Below, piece by piece: positions 63,367 through 64,000 of a DNA stretch of 64,000 nucleotides (the stretch's first letter is position 1; every line of letters begins with the position of its first letter). A model generated the notes under the pieces. That model was not told the DNA's origin and did no database searches. It worked only from the letters and a program-made list of their open reading frames with translations. The stretch spans positions 184-64,183 of the forward strand of contig CALKQX010000034.1 in assembly GCA_937990655.1 (NCBI GenBank). The letters run 5' to 3'. The DNA comes from an uncultured Stomatobaculum sp. (GTDB lineage Bacteria > Bacillota > Clostridia > Lachnospirales > Lachnospiraceae). A program made the position numbers and the translations under genes.

Positions 63367-64000
63367 AACAATTATCTATCAAAAGCTTGATCTGATCGGA
63401 ACGACCAATTTGCTGGGCGGTGTTTCCCAATATAGAGCTCAGAGCCTTGCTTGAATGGATGTCATCAAGGTATCTGACCTCTTTCAATTTAGCTATTTCC
63501 ACTTTGCTAATGCGGTCCATTCTGCAAATACGGTCGTATGAATACTGACTCTTAGACATCGAGAAGGAAATCAATACTGTCGGCATATTCTGCCAAGCGT
63601 TATAGACACACGCCCCGTTGAAAACAATGCTACTAAGAACTTTGTTGCTGTCCGACTCAAACAACATACCTACGGCACGCAGAGCGAGGTCAAACAGAAC
63701 TCTCTCATAAAGTTCTGCATATTCTCCCTTGTTCATCTGTTTCGGCACAACATCAGAGTTTTTGTCGACCTTCCATTCCTTGGTCTGTGAAACTTGCTCC
63801 ATAACCGGAAGTCTGTAATCCACGACAAGCTGATTGAGTTCGCCATCGTAAACCAGATTGAACTCCTGCTTATACTCACTTCCATCAAGTGCAAACGAAT
63901 CACTATTGAGCACAAACATAAAATACTCTTCGATTTTCTCTGCATTTCTGGCTATGAAACGACTTAGTTTGGATTGCAATCGTTCCGTGAGTCTTATGTT
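63326..64000 (-). CDS. Hypothetical partner protein (5' end outside the window)
   Basis: The frame is open to nt 64000. ...YAELYERVLFDLALRAVGMLFESDSNKVLSSIVFNGACV... resembles the non-catalytic region preceding Mrr-type nuclease domains in some 'restriction endonuclease' annotations (by recollection). It overlaps the helicase start. Confidence 0.5.
   Translation of the reverse strand, partial: NIRLTERLQSKLSRFIARNAEKIEEYFMFVLNSDSFALDGSEYKQEFNLVYDGELNQLVVDYRLPVMEQVSQTKEWKVDKNSDVVPKQMNKGEYAELYERVLFDLALRAVGMLFESDSNKVLSSIVFNGACVYNAWQNMPTVLISFSMSKSQYSYDRICRMDRISKVEIAKLKEVRYLDDIHSSKALSSILGNTAQQIGRSDQIKLLIDNCYGGCNGEIFLVKL

Overview
This 64-kb window comes from a high-G+C, Gram-positive-type (Clostridia-like) chromosome, judged from AGGAGG ribosome-binding sites, hairpin+T-tract terminators and serine-recombinase/MobQ mobile elements. 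I saw no rRNA, tRNA or CRISPR array.

nt 1-44,600 is mostly ordinary core genome, largely on the minus strand:
- an OadG-like subunit, an AraC regulator, membrane proteins, a GNAT, an OGG-type glycosylase and a lipoprotein
- an OmpR/histidine-kinase pair, hemW-lepA and rpsT
- a DinJ-YoeB toxin-antitoxin islet, nagB-nagA and MarR-MATE
- two ABC exporter genes and csoR-copA
- aroF-aroB preceded by an aromatic-rich leader-peptide attenuator
- an amino-acid permease, a C26 amidotransferase, an ABC-F ATPase, glutaminase and an alanine:cation symporter
- LysR, an MntR-like repressor, an NhaD/ArsB-type transporter, an SNF2 helicase, two SAM methyltransferases and a PH-domain protein
- decayed genes: a frameshifted TauE/SafE, a truncated UPF0597 gene and a DUF4143 ATPase remnant

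From about 44.6 kb to the end the sequence is visibly AT-richer and accessory:
- an orphan DinJ antitoxin
- a decayed integrative mobilizable element: a truncated DUF3991/Toprim gene, a MobQ relaxase, DUF3847, an oriT-like hairpin and a 5'-truncated large serine recombinase. Its cargo is a tightly coupled five-gene RM-like/Abi operon: RHH, a motif-IV-less MTase-like protein, an Eco57I-family N6A MTase, a T5orf172/GIY-YIG-SF2 helicase fusion and AIPR.
- an IS110-family element with a frameshifted transposase and a putative bridge RNA that has 12-nt complementarity to its right flank
- an AT-rich SF2 helicase/PD-(D/E)xK-like fusion whose upstream partner runs off the window

The five-gene operon (47.8-54.9 kb) is my best candidate for an undescribed defence system. 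The helicase-nuclease pair (60.5-64.0 kb) is the second. All family assignments are from motif recognition by eye, not database searches.
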